DNA of 64,000 nt from contig JAYPQE010000003.1 of NCBI GenBank assembly GCA_038131795.1, positions 333,691 through 397,690 of the forward strand. Direction: 5' to 3'. The notes below the pieces were generated by a model, which had not been told where the DNA came from, searched no databases, and saw only the letters and a list, made by a program, of their open reading frames with translations. The position numbers and the translations under genes were made by a program. Of the stretch, positions 55,249-64,000 are shown piece by piece (position 1 is the stretch's first letter; each line of letters starts with the position of its first letter). The stretch comes from Candidatus Eutrophobius brisbanensis. Lineage in GTDB: Bacteria > Pseudomonadota > Gammaproteobacteria > Eutrophobiales > Eutrophobiaceae.

Positions 55249-55356
55249 AATATTGTAATACCTGCAGCACAATAAAAATAATTTATTATAGCTAAAACAA
55301 ACTGTAAACTAGGCCGTTAATAATTCAAATAGCGGTTTATCTAAAATCCAGTCTAT

Positions 55357-57276
55357 ATGACGGTCCCGGGGGGGATACAAATGGCAGGGAAGTATGCTGA
55401 ACTACATCACCAGTCAATAACCAATCCAGACAGCTTCTGGGCAGACGTTGCAGAGGGCATCCATTGGGATAAAAAATGGGACAAGGTCCTAGATGATTCA
55501 AATGCGCCACTGTATCGATGGTATACCGGGGGTGAACTCAATACCTGCTTTAATGCATTAGATATTCATGTGGAACATGGCAGGGCAGATCAACTGGCAT
55601 TAATTTATGACAGTCCCATTACGGGAAGCAAGAAAACATTTACCTATTCTCAATTACTGCAGCATGTCAGTCAGTGTGCCGGCTTGCTGGCAAAACTGGG
55701 GGTAAACAAAGGGGAAAGGGTCATTATATATATGCCCATGATTCCAGAGGCTGTGTTTGCCATGCTGGCCTGCGCCAGGTTGGGGGCGGTGCATTCCGTG
55801 GTCTTCGGTGGATTTGCTGCCAATGAACTGGCAGTAAGGATAGATGACGCTAAACCAAAGCTAATTATTTCAGCTTCCTGCGGCATTGAGCCGGGTAGAG
55901 TTGTTGAATATAAGCCATTGCTGGACAAGGCCATAGAATTTGCAAACTTTAAACCATCAACATGCCTTATCAAGCAACGGGAACAGCATTTATGTCAATT
56001 GATGGTCGGCAGGGACCATGATTGGGATGACGCCATTGACGGGGCTGATTTACATGAGTGTGTGACGGTGGCGGCTACAGATCCGCTATATATTCTTTAT
56101 ACCTCTGGTACAACCGGTGAACCTAAAGGCGTGGTCCGCGATAATGGCGGCCATGCCGTTGCCCTGAAATGGAGTATGAAAAATATCTATGGGGTCAACC
56201 CCGGTGAAGTTTACTGGGCCGCATCGGATATTGGCTGGGCGGTGGGGCATTCCTATCTTGTTTACGCGCCTTTGTTTAATGGTAATACTTCAATATTGTT
56301 TGAAGGTAAGCCGGTAGGTACACCAGACGCCGGAGTGTTCTGGAGAATCATCGATGAACATGATGTCTGTACGCTATTTACGGCCCCCACTGCATTTCGT
56401 GCCATTAAAAAAGAAGATCTGGATGGCAAGCTGGTTGAACAATATGATATGGGTAAATTTCGTGCCCTGTTTCTTGCTGGTGAGCGTACTGATCCCAATA
56501 CTCTTAACTGGGCAGAGGAAAAATTGAATGTCCCGGTTATTGATCACTGGTGGCAAACTGAGACTGGATGGCCCATCTGCGCAAATACCCTGGGCATAGA
56601 GCAGTTTCCCGTCAAACCAGGTTCGCCGACTAAACCGGTTCCCGGATGGAATGTGAAAGTACTGGATGAGTCCGGGAGTCAAGTTCAGGCTGGACAGATA
56701 GGCGCACTGGCGGTGGAGTTACCCCTGCCACCTGGTAGCTTTCCAACCCTGTGGAATGCTGAGCAACGATTTCGTGAGACATATCTGGAAGAATTTCCAG
56801 GTTATTACAAAACAGCCGATGCCGGGTATATGGATGAAGACGGTTATGTGTATGTGATGGCCCGTACCGATGATGCGATTAACGTTGCCGGACATAGATT
56901 GACGACCGGTGCTATTGAGGAAGTCATAGCCGGCCATGGTGATGTTGCCGAATGTGCCGTGGTGGGCGTGGCGGATGATCTTAAAGGCCAGTTACCGGTA
57001 GGCTTTCTGGTACTGTATGCCGGCGTTGAACGTGATGCAGGTGAAATTTCACAAGAAGTGATTCAAAAGGTCCGTGATGAGATCGGCCCGGTAGCAGCAT
57101 TTAAAACTGCATTGGTAGTCAGCCAGTTACCCAAGACACGTTCAGGTAAGGTGCTGAGGGGTACAATCAGAAAAATAGCCGATGGTGATCCCTGGAAAAT
57201 GCCCGCTACAATTGATAATCCTGCAGTCCTGGATGAAATATCTATCACTCTAAAAGAAAATGGATACGCTAGTTAA
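55357..57276 (+). CDS. prpE: propionate--CoA ligase (acyl-CoA synthetase, PrpE-like)
   Basis: 639 aa, collinear with E. coli PrpE (YTSGTTGKPKGV AMP-binding motif, ...LPKTRSGKILR). The likely start is MAGKYAE (55381). Confidence 0.85.
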   Translation: MTVPGGIQMAGKYAELHHQSITNPDSFWADVAEGIHWDKKWDKVLDDSNAPLYRWYTGGELNTCFNALDIHVEHGRADQLALIYDSPITGSKKTFTYSQLLQHVSQCAGLLAKLGVNKGERVIIYMPMIPEAVFAMLACARLGAVHSVVFGGFAANELAVRIDDAKPKLIISASCGIEPGRVVEYKPLLDKAIEFANFKPSTCLIKQREQHLCQLMVGRDHDWDDAIDGADLHECVTVAATDPLYILYTSGTTGEPKGVVRDNGGHAVALKWSMKNIYGVNPGEVYWAASDIGWAVGHSYLVYAPLFNGNTSILFEGKPVGTPDAGVFWRIIDEHDVCTLFTAPTAFRAIKKEDLDGKLVEQYDMGKFRALFLAGERTDPNTLNWAEEKLNVPVIDHWWQTETGWPICANTLGIEQFPVKPGSPTKPVPGWNVKVLDESGSQVQAGQIGALAVELPLPPGSFPTLWNAEQRFRETYLEEFPGYYKTADAGYMDEDGYVYVMARTDDAINVAGHRLTTGAIEEVIAGHGDVAECAVVGVADDLKGQLPVGFLVLYAGVERDAGEISQEVIQKVRDEIGPVAAFKTALVVSQLPKTRSGKVLRGTIRKIADGDPWKMPATIDNPAVLDEISITLKENGYAS

Positions 57277-57325
57277 AGAAAAACCTTTTATCTTTTAAAT
57301 TAAATAACAGTCAGGGGAAAGCACT

Positions 57326-57943
57326 ATGAAAGAGTTTGGATATATACTGGTCATGTTATTAATAACTGGTAAAAACATAATGGCAGACTCCCGACTTCCC
57401 ACTATTGACCCGGCAGATTATTCCGATGAACAAAAGACCGCTGCCGCAGAGTTTGAGGCGGCGCGTAATCGTACGGTATTTGGTCCCTTTGAACCCCTGA
57501 TGCACAGTCCCCAGGTGATGACCAGGGCCAGGTCATTTGGGGATTACCTGCGTTATAACTCTGCCATAGGCAATACCCTCAGCGAACTGGTGATCCTGGT
57601 GACGGCCCGGGAATGGACCCAAGACTACGAATGGTATATACATTATCCCATTGCCATTAAAGCCGGTATCAATCAAGACATTGCCGACGCCATCGCTGAA
57701 GGGAGAAGGCCTATCGGTATGAGTGAGGATGAGACCATCGTCTACGACTTCTCCGTAGAGTTACATAGAAATAAACAGGTGAGTGATATCACATACCAGG
57801 CCGCATTGGACAGGTTTGGTCATAAGGGGGTGGTGGACCTGACGGCAATTAACGGCTATTACACCTTGCTGGCCATGCAGATGAACATGGCGCAGTACCC
57901 GTTGCCTGATGATGGCGTGAGATTGAAACGGTTTCCAGAGTGA
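57326..57943 (+). CDS. carboxymuconolactone-decarboxylase-family (AhpD-like) protein
   Basis: CMD-fold pattern over about 190 aa; the start may be MADSRLP (57380). Confidence 0.6.
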   Translation: MKEFGYILVMLLITGKNIMADSRLPTIDPADYSDEQKTAAAEFEAARNRTVFGPFEPLMHSPQVMTRARSFGDYLRYNSAIGNTLSELVILVTAREWTQDYEWYIHYPIAIKAGINQDIADAIAEGRRPIGMSEDETIVYDFSVELHRNKQVSDITYQAALDRFGHKGVVDLTAINGYYTLLAMQMNMAQYPLPDDGVRLKRFPE

Positions 57944-57947
57944 CCGG

Positions 57948-58718
57948 TTAATTATCGCCCATACGATATTCCCAGGCCTTCTGGTTCCTCCGGGCATCCT
58001 GTATATAAGGTGACCAGCGGATTAATGTAATAATGAATGCATTCAACCAGGAGCCGGGGAAACGCACCGGGCGGACGATATCCAGGAATAACACCACCCG
58101 TTGACCGTCCGTATTGTTCTGCACCTGGTGGACATAGGTATCATCAAACACGATGCATTTGCCTGGTTCCCAATGGCTTGTCTCATCCCCTACCTGTATC
58201 CAGCAGTCTTCACTGGGTTCCGGTACCTGTAACCCAAGGTGACATCTGAGCAGTCCCTTGTAAGGTCCGCGGTGAGGTGGGATATGCTTGCCCGGTGCGA
58301 GTATAGAGAAAAATCCAGTCATCATGTTGGGGATGGATTCGATAATTTTTGTAGTCTCTGGACAACGATCGCAATTCTCCTGGTTTTTAAATCCATACCC
58401 ATACAGAAAAAAAGTCTTCCACTTGTCGTCCTTGGAGATATTCACCTGGTCTTTGGAAATTTCATGAAAGGTGGGCAGGCGTTCCGGATGAGCAAGCACC
58501 GTATCCAGTTCTTTTTTGATGGTCTCCCAGTTATCTTCCAGCTGCTTTATCGAGGGAAACTGGTTGGTATCAAAAAACGGGGCATCAGGAACCAGGGAAA
58601 ACTTGATGAGGACTCTTTCAACCCATTTGATGATCGACAGGCCAATCCTGACGATTGCCCGGTTTTTTTTCTTTTTTACTGTTTGGGTAGTAACGGAGGT
58701 GTTGGGTGTATCCTGCAT
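57948..58718 (-). CDS. aspartyl/asparaginyl beta-hydroxylase-family 2OG-Fe(II) oxygenase (LpxO-like)
   Basis: 256 aa; Asp_Arg_Hydrox family, HxD...H cupin core (HIPPHRG...FDDTYVHQV). Confidence 0.7.
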   Translation of the reverse strand: MQDTPNTSVTTQTVKKKKNRAIVRIGLSIIKWVERVLIKFSLVPDAPFFDTNQFPSIKQLEDNWETIKKELDTVLAHPERLPTFHEISKDQVNISKDDKWKTFFLYGYGFKNQENCDRCPETTKIIESIPNMMTGFFSILAPGKHIPPHRGPYKGLLRCHLGLQVPEPSEDCWIQVGDETSHWEPGKCIVFDDTYVHQVQNNTDGQRVVLFLDIVRPVRFPGSWLNAFIITLIRWSPYIQDARRNQKAWEYRMGDN

Positions 58719-59025
58719 AACGTAGAGTTTTTATATGAGTTTATCTTGCTTAAATTATAAAAATTTCTCAAAGTAAAGTCATGTAATTAATTTAATTTTA
58801 GAAATTATAATATTTCATTATGATAAATTCGTGGGACTTATGCGCAAAGTGAAATCGCATTTAACTAAACGGGATTAAATAAATTTTTAAATATATGTTT
58901 GATTGATTCATGCAGCTTAATAAAGAATATTTGTACTATAATGTTATTCGAAGAAAATAATTTAATTCATAGTCGTGTCAAAAAACTCATAGCCTAATAC
59001 ACGGAAAAATTCGTTCACAGAAGTT

Positions 59026-59276
59026 TGACCTGCCCCCCTAAAACGGTACCAATTTTTAAGTTAGAAACTCGCTTAAACTGGACCACTAAGGAGGTCAATC
59101 ATGCCAAGAGAACACTACTCACCCGAAGAGATCATCAAACTCCTACGCTTAGTTGAAATCGAGGTCGGCCGGGGCAAAACCACCACGACTTGTAATGCCA
59201 ACACATCAAGGAGTACAGTAGTCAATTAAAACCAAATCCTAACTTTGAAAGTGGTACCGTTACTGGGGGCAGGTCA
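59026..59276 (+). mobile_element. IS3-family remnant (copy 2, 251 bp, MITE-like): both inverted repeats plus the first 28 codons of orfA joined to the orfB tail
   Basis: Same terminal repeats and the same orfA 5' end as copy 1, here with TTA where copy 1 has the TAA stop; large internal deletion. Confidence 0.8.
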
Positions 59277-59434
59277 ATCGCGTAAATATCATTAAGTGTT
59301 TGCGTGGCTAGTGCTTCATATTGATATTTTCTATATTGAGGCATTGCAACTGTAGCTAAAATACCAATAATCATCATAGCGAATACTAACTCAATTAATG
59401 TAAATCCAGATTCTTGATTATTTTTGTATATCAT
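59277..59434 (-). pseudogene. type IV pilin-like gene truncated after about 51 codons by IS remnant copy 2
   Basis: MIYKNNQESG/FTLIELVFAMMIIGILATVA prepilin leader and N-methylation domain; the reading frame then continues into the element's terminal repeat (59222..59276). Confidence 0.7.
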
Positions 59435-59558
59435 GATGATTTGTATTTTTTGATAATTCTGGTGGCATTATAGATTTCTTTTACACTCTATTCAGTTTTA
59501 TTGGTGAATGTACCTTTTATGCGTGATTACAACAAATATTATATATGGGAATTTAATA

Positions 59559-60707
59559 GTGTTAGTCATATTTGCACCTGATTCATTTAAAGGCAGCATG
59601 ACCTCCAGGCAGGCCGCGATGGCAATGCAAAGAGGAATTCAAAAGGTCTTCCCCAAAGCCAGGTGTTTGAGTTTCCCCATGGCAGATGGTGGGGAGGGGA
59701 CTCTGGAGGCGTTGGTCGCGTATACTAAAGGTAAATATTATTACAAAAAAGTTACCGGTCCAGATAGAAAACCGGTCAGGGCCAAGTACGGGCTCTCGAG
59801 GGATGGGAGCACTGCGATCATTGAAATGGCCCAGGCCTCGGGAATGACACTTTTAAATAGACGTTCCAGAAACCCGTTGAAGACTACTACGTTTGGTACG
59901 GGAGAATTGATCCTCACAGCGGCAAACAAGGGCGTAAAAAATATCATCGTGGGTATTGGCGGCTCGGGCACGAATGATGGTGGGGCGGGCATGACCCAGG
60001 CGCTGGGAGTGAAGTTTATTAATAAATACGGCAGGGTAATAAAGACACCCCTGACCGGTGGGATTTTAGGTGATGTGGCAGAAATAGATTGCTCTCAAAT
60101 ATCACCTCTAATTTCAAAGGTAAGCATTTCCATTGCCTGTGATGTGACCAATATATTGTGTGGCAAGCAAGGTGCGAGCCATGTCTTCGCTCAGCAAAAA
60201 GGGGCGACACCACAAATGGTGAAACTGCTGGATAAAAATCTGAGGGCATTTGGGGAGTTAATTGAAAAATCGCTGGGTATTGATGTGTTTACCCTTGAAG
60301 GCGGGGGTGCCGCAGGTGGCCTGGGGGCAGGGCTGGTGGCCTTTGCCGGCGCTAGGCTGGAGCGGGGGATCGAAATTGTGATTAAGGCTAGCGGGATAGA
60401 AAAGCAAATGAAAAAAGCTGATCTTGTATTGACTGGTGAGGGAAGAATTGATGGCCAGACCATTTATGGCAAAGCGGTCATTGGCATAGCAAAGCTGGCA
60501 AAACAATATGATGTCCCGGTGGTCGCCATTGGTGGAAGCCTGGGTAAAGATGCCAATGTGGTTCTCGATTATGGGATCGATAAGATCGAAAGCTGTATCA
60601 AGGAGGGCATGACCATTGAAGAGGTCATGAGCAATGCACCGGTCTTGCTTAAAGACGCCACAGAACGGGCTATGCATAGCTGGAAGGCCATGACCTGCCC
60701 CCAGTAA
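59559..60707 (+). CDS. glxK: glycerate kinase
   Basis: Glycerate kinase family along the full length (IAPDSFKGS...); GTG start preferred by homology (track ORF starts at 59508); the last 5 codons and the stop lie inside IS remnant copy 3. Confidence 0.8.
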   Translation: MLVIFAPDSFKGSMTSRQAAMAMQRGIQKVFPKARCLSFPMADGGEGTLEALVAYTKGKYYYKKVTGPDRKPVRAKYGLSRDGSTAIIEMAQASGMTLLNRRSRNPLKTTTFGTGELILTAANKGVKNIIVGIGGSGTNDGGAGMTQALGVKFINKYGRVIKTPLTGGILGDVAEIDCSQISPLISKVSISIACDVTNILCGKQGASHVFAQQKGATPQMVKLLDKNLRAFGELIEKSLGIDVFTLEGGGAAGGLGAGLVAFAGARLERGIEIVIKASGIEKQMKKADLVLTGEGRIDGQTIYGKAVIGIAKLAKQYDVPVVAIGGSLGKDANVVLDYGIDKIESCIKEGMTIEEVMSNAPVLLKDATERAMHSWKAMTCPQ

Positions 60708-60849
60708 CGGTACCACTTTCAAAGTTAGGATTTGGGTTTAATTGGCTACTGTACTCCTTGATGTGTTGGCATGATTGACCTCCTTAGTGGTCCAGTTTAA
60801 GCGAGTTTCTAACTTAAAAACTGGTACCGTTTTAGGGGGGGGCAGGTCA
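60691..60849 (-). mobile_element. IS3-family remnant (copy 3, 159 bp MITE): right and left ends fused
   Basis: TGACCTGCCCCCAGTAACGGTACC...AAAAACTGGTACCGTTTTAGGGGGGGGCAGGTCA; homologous to both ends of copy 1. Confidence 0.8.
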
Positions 60850-60979
60850 TCACCATATCGAAGGTACCCCGTGGTTTCCAATCAGCAGCTTATAGGTATT
60901 ATCAGCCGCCGGGACATCCTCAAGGCGCTGCTAGAGATAGCAAAATAGTAGCGCCGGCATTACCGAAACTGGATGATAG

Positions 60980-61546
60980 TCATGGATCTTCGTGAGACCA
61001 GGGGTAGCCAGGTTGGCGGATAACACTTGAGGTCCATGGATTAATACCATAATGGGCGGCCTGGGGCATGGTTACAGCGGGAACCGTTGATGCATTGGCA
61101 ATAAAATTTTCCGGCACAATGTCGTTCAAATTAAGCAGTAGTGCGACCAGGCTATAGATCTCCTCAGGCCTGAGCGATTGCGGTGCGTAGTACGGCATGG
61201 CACGGTTAATATAATCATACAATGTCGTGGCACAGCAGTATCGATTTGCGATATTCGGGACAATGGCGGTGTCGCCCGGATTTTCACTTCCCGTCGGTCC
61301 ATGACAGTTGGCGCATTTTGCATCATAGATTTCCCTGCCCCTAGCGACAGTCCCCGAGCCATTGGGCAGGCCAGCGCCGTCAGGTTCGATATCAATGTCC
61401 CAGTCTGCTATCTCAGTGTCTATGGCATCTCTTCCTATGGGTTGAAATTCTGTTGTGGTGTTTTGTTGTGCGACAACATTTGTGATGCTACCAATGAGTG
61501 TTATAAAGATTATCAATGAAAGTGACTGTGATCTAAGACCAAACAT
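60980..61546 (-). CDS. sorB: mono-haem cytochrome c subunit (SorB-like) of sulfite dehydrogenase
   Basis: Signal peptide; single CANCHG haem-binding site; start overlaps the sorA stop. Confidence 0.7.
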   Translation of the reverse strand: MFGLRSQSLSLIIFITLIGSITNVVAQQNTTTEFQPIGRDAIDTEIADWDIDIEPDGAGLPNGSGTVARGREIYDAKCANCHGPTGSENPGDTAIVPNIANRYCCATTLYDYINRAMPYYAPQSLRPEEIYSLVALLLNLNDIVPENFIANASTVPAVTMPQAAHYGINPWTSSVIRQPGYPWSHEDP

Positions 61547-62867
61547 GAGTAACCCTCCCGCTGCTATGTACCAACCAGGTTTCTATACCATTATAGGATG
61601 CGCCTTGCGGTGCGTATTTTGCTAGCCACTCATGGGTGGGTTGTTTGAAACCCTGGTCATCCCAGGCACGGCTGGCCAGTTTTACTTCCTGACCATTCCA
61701 GATCCACGGAAAGGTAAACATGGTGGCCATTTTTGGAACTACAGGGTCATGCAGCCGAGCCAGGTGCCAGGTGGCGCCACCATCGGTACTGATTTCAACC
61801 CCTGCTATCTTGCCATAACCTGAGTAGGCCATACCGCGCAATTCACGGGGAGGTGGTGAGTCTGCCAGGTTCATCCCACCTGATGGGGTGATGATATGTG
61901 AGCGTACACCGCATTGGACCGAATACTGGAATGTCCTGCCATCATCCAGGTGGTCCGCATAGCGTGAGGTCTCTTCGCGCATTTGCAACATCTTGTTGGT
62001 AAATTGTATTCGCCTGATCCATTTATTACTGGTATTCCCTTCATAGCCGGGGAGGAACAGACGTACAGGGTATCCGTTCTCAGGCCGTACCGGTTCACCG
62101 TTCTGGCCGAACATTAAAAAGGCATCATTCCAGAGCTTGTCTATATCGATGGTCCGTGCCAGTCCTGCACCATCATATGATTCCACCAGGGCCCAGGTGG
62201 ATTCAGGTTTGACATTCACCATCTCCATCACCGTGCGCAGTGGTACACCTACCCATTCACAGGCACTGGAGCGACCCAGGGAGTCGAGGATAGTCGAGTT
62301 TGGATTTACCTTGCCTCGCCTTGGCGGCTCACCGTTGCCCTGACATTCCCAGTAGAAAAAATGTTTTTCGGCACCCAGACGCATGATGTCTTCAAGGGAG
62401 AACACCATGGGTCGTTCAACCATGCCATGGACCAGCAGACGGTATTTGGTCGGATCAATAAGGGGTATCCCGGCATGGTGGCGTTCAAAACAAAGATCGG
62501 ATGGGGTGACGGTGCCGATGATCCTGGACCAGTCAGTACTGGAACCGGTGGCGTAAATCCGCGTGCCACTTACCTGAATAATACGTTTGAGGTCAACGAA
62601 TGGAGATCTGCGGCCCACCTCGGTAGGGGCCGCACCGGCCTGTGTCCAGGGGGTATTGGTATCATTGTTGACATAGGTGTCGGGTGTGGGTTGCGGAAAG
62701 AGGTTGTCGTGACTGAATTCCTGGGCCAGTGCTGCACGACTTGCTGCCCAGCCAATGACGGCACCACTTCCACTCAGTAGCTGGCGCCGGCTAATATGAA
62801 ATTTTTTCTCATCTGATGCACGAAAAAACTCAAACTTCTGGTCCTCATCTTTCGATTTTTTAGCCAC
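61533..62867 (-). CDS. sorA: sulfite-oxidase-family molybdopterin oxidoreductase (SorA-like sulfite dehydrogenase catalytic subunit), Tat-exported
   Basis: SRRQLLSGSGA Tat signal; Oxidored_molyb domain (YWECQGNG...) plus Mo-co dimerisation domain. Confidence 0.8.
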   Translation of the reverse strand: MAKKSKDEDQKFEFFRASDEKKFHISRRQLLSGSGAVIGWAASRAALAQEFSHDNLFPQPTPDTYVNNDTNTPWTQAGAAPTEVGRRSPFVDLKRIIQVSGTRIYATGSSTDWSRIIGTVTPSDLCFERHHAGIPLIDPTKYRLLVHGMVERPMVFSLEDIMRLGAEKHFFYWECQGNGEPPRRGKVNPNSTILDSLGRSSACEWVGVPLRTVMEMVNVKPESTWALVESYDGAGLARTIDIDKLWNDAFLMFGQNGEPVRPENGYPVRLFLPGYEGNTSNKWIRRIQFTNKMLQMREETSRYADHLDDGRTFQYSVQCGVRSHIITPSGGMNLADSPPPRELRGMAYSGYGKIAGVEISTDGGATWHLARLHDPVVPKMATMFTFPWIWNGQEVKLASRAWDDQGFKQPTHEWLAKYAPQGASYNGIETWLVHSSGRVTHVWS

Positions 62868-62974
62868 ACACTTGCTCCTAATTTTTACTGAATCCTAGCA
62901 GAAATAAAATCATATATAAATCTTCAATAATTGACTTACAAATGATATGCGAAGGCATATATTAATAATGATCT

Positions 62975-63038
62975 ACCCCCCTAAAACGCTACCAGTTTCT
63001 AACTTAAAAACTGGTAGCGTTTTAGGGGGTGCAGGTCA
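62975..63038 (+). mobile_element. IS3-family remnant (copy 4, 64-bp palindromic end fragment)
   Basis: CCCCCCTAAAACGCTACCAGTTTCTAACTTAAAAACTGGTAGCGTTTTAGGGGGTGCAGGTCA, a hairpin made from the element's left-end sequence. Confidence 0.7.
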
Positions 63039-63267
63039 GTGTAAAGATGATATGTTCTTTCATACGGACAGCTCCCAAGCCCCCTGGTATGTTGTGCCTT
63101 TTGATGATAAGGCCCGTGCACGGCTGAATTGCATCTCTCATATACTTGAGATGATTCCATACAAGGACCTCAAGCCAGAGATATCCAAGATCCCTACCCT
63201 TAAGAAAGGTAGAGGATATAAGCGCAGGCCAATGCATCAGCAGACATTTGTACCAAAGAAATATTGA
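63039..63267 (+). pseudogene. ppk2: polyphosphate kinase 2 (PPK2) C-terminal remnant; the 5' part is replaced by IS remnant copy 4
   Basis: Translation ...FFHTDSSQAPWYVVPFDDKARARLNCISHILEMIPYKDL... matches the PPK2 C-terminus only. Confidence 0.65.
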
Positions 63268-63340
63268 TTGAATCCTGATTGTCTTTTATAACAGGGGACA
63301 GACCTGAGTCTGTCCCCTGTTATTTTTTTGGAGAGGATCT

Positions 63341-64000
63341 ATGTACAAAATTATTTTAAAGAGTTTCATATTGTTGTTATGTGTAATCAGCGTTCCCCAG
63401 TATGTTCACGGACAGGAAAACTACATAACAAAGGAAGTTGAATTTGACACTGACGATGGCTGGACTATCCGGGGGACCCTGCGTCTACCCAATGGCGCTA
63501 ACCGTAATAATGAATTTGCCGGCATCCTGCTCCTGCATGAAAAGGAGCATGACCGCTCAGAGTTTGTGGGCATAGGCAGGCCGGGTCTGGCACGCAAGCT
63601 GCCTGAGGTCGGGATCGCCACCTTGAATATTGACCTTAGGGGCAGGGGGGCAAGCCAGGGTAAAGGCCAGCCGGATATGAATGAACGTCACGATTTTTCC
63701 TCCCTGACCAATGACAATACCCATCTAGATATTAAAGGTGCATTGGAATTTATGGCGGACACCCCCGGGGTAGACGGCCTCAGGCTGGGGATCATTGCCA
63801 TGGAATACAGCGGTGAATATGCCATTCGCGCCATACAGGAAACCTTAATACCCACCCGGGCACTGGTGATCATAGGTGGTACCAACATCAGCCAGGCATC
63901 CAAAGACTATATGGCCTCAGTGAATATCCCGGTATTAACCGGTGCCTACACGGTCAACCGACAGATTTTTAAGGACATGGTGGACATCTATGCAGGTTCA
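63341..64000 (+). CDS. secreted alpha/beta-hydrolase (dienelactone-hydrolase-like); 3' end lies outside the window
   Basis: ATG at 63341 opens a frame that runs to the window end (no stop, so it is absent from the ORF track); signal peptide; hydrolase-like core. Confidence 0.5.
   Translation, partial: MYKIILKSFILLLCVISVPQYVHGQENYITKEVEFDTDDGWTIRGTLRLPNGANRNNEFAGILLLHEKEHDRSEFVGIGRPGLARKLPEVGIATLNIDLRGRGASQGKGQPDMNERHDFSSLTNDNTHLDIKGALEFMADTPGVDGLRLGIIAMEYSGEYAIRAIQETLIPTRALVIIGGTNISQASKDYMASVNIPVLTGAYTVNRQIFKDMVDIYAGS

Noticed and set aside
58719-59025. About 300-bp AT-rich spacer between the aspH-like gene and IS remnant copy 2, as a possible ncRNA or deleted pilin C-terminus
   Set aside because: No ORF, no conserved structure motif recognisable by eye; most simply the residue of the deletion that removed the pilin 3' part.

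Overview
This 64-kb window reads as a gammaproteobacterial chromosome segment, probably from a sulfur oxidizer (GTP-PEPCK, SorAB-like sulfite dehydrogenase, RND efflux). No tools were run; all calls rest on my reading of the six-frame translations and direct inspection of the nucleotide sequence. The core gene order is pgi', pckG, a YyaL-like thioredoxin-domain protein, lgt-thyA-folA, marC, a GDSL esterase, apaG-apaH, comM, ubiK, a nitrogen cluster (one sigma54-driven Gcw_chp-type outer-membrane protein, three glnK and two amt genes), a cNMP-rhodanese protein, aroE, an aldo-keto reductase, dctQM with no dctP, rsmA-pdxA-surA-lptD, yhbY, a cut-down rnf cluster (rnfA, an rnfB::rnfC' fusion, rnfD), metG divergent from apbC, dcd, cysG, an AT-rich islet carrying a single-chain MrcB_N-HNH putative type IV restriction enzyme plus GNAT, HxlR and thioredoxin-like genes, glpQ, msrB, lexA with a non-canonical operator, srkA, a LysR regulator, mltF, and a TetR-regulated tripartite RND pump. 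From about 51.8 kb the window becomes a decayed accessory region: a frameshifted cardiolipin-synthase pseudogene, a tRNA-Ser-like relic immediately upstream of an intact tRNA-Ser(CGA), and four progressively smaller copies (720, 251, 159 and 64 bp) of one IS3-family element that truncate a pilin gene and a ppk2 gene and supply the stop codon of glxK. This region also holds a cNMP-binding protein, prpE, an AhpD/CMD-like protein, an AspH-type hydroxylase, sorAB and a partial alpha/beta hydrolase. I found no rRNA, no CRISPR array and no intact prophage or integrase. I did not find one obvious novel multi-gene system. The strongest candidates for follow-up are the sigma54-driven outer-membrane-protein/3xPII/2xAmt module, the solitary MrcB_N-HNH gene, the truncated Rnf cluster with the RnfB-RnfC' fusion, the tRNA-Ser relic carrying hairpin-rich insertions, and the pdxA start problem.
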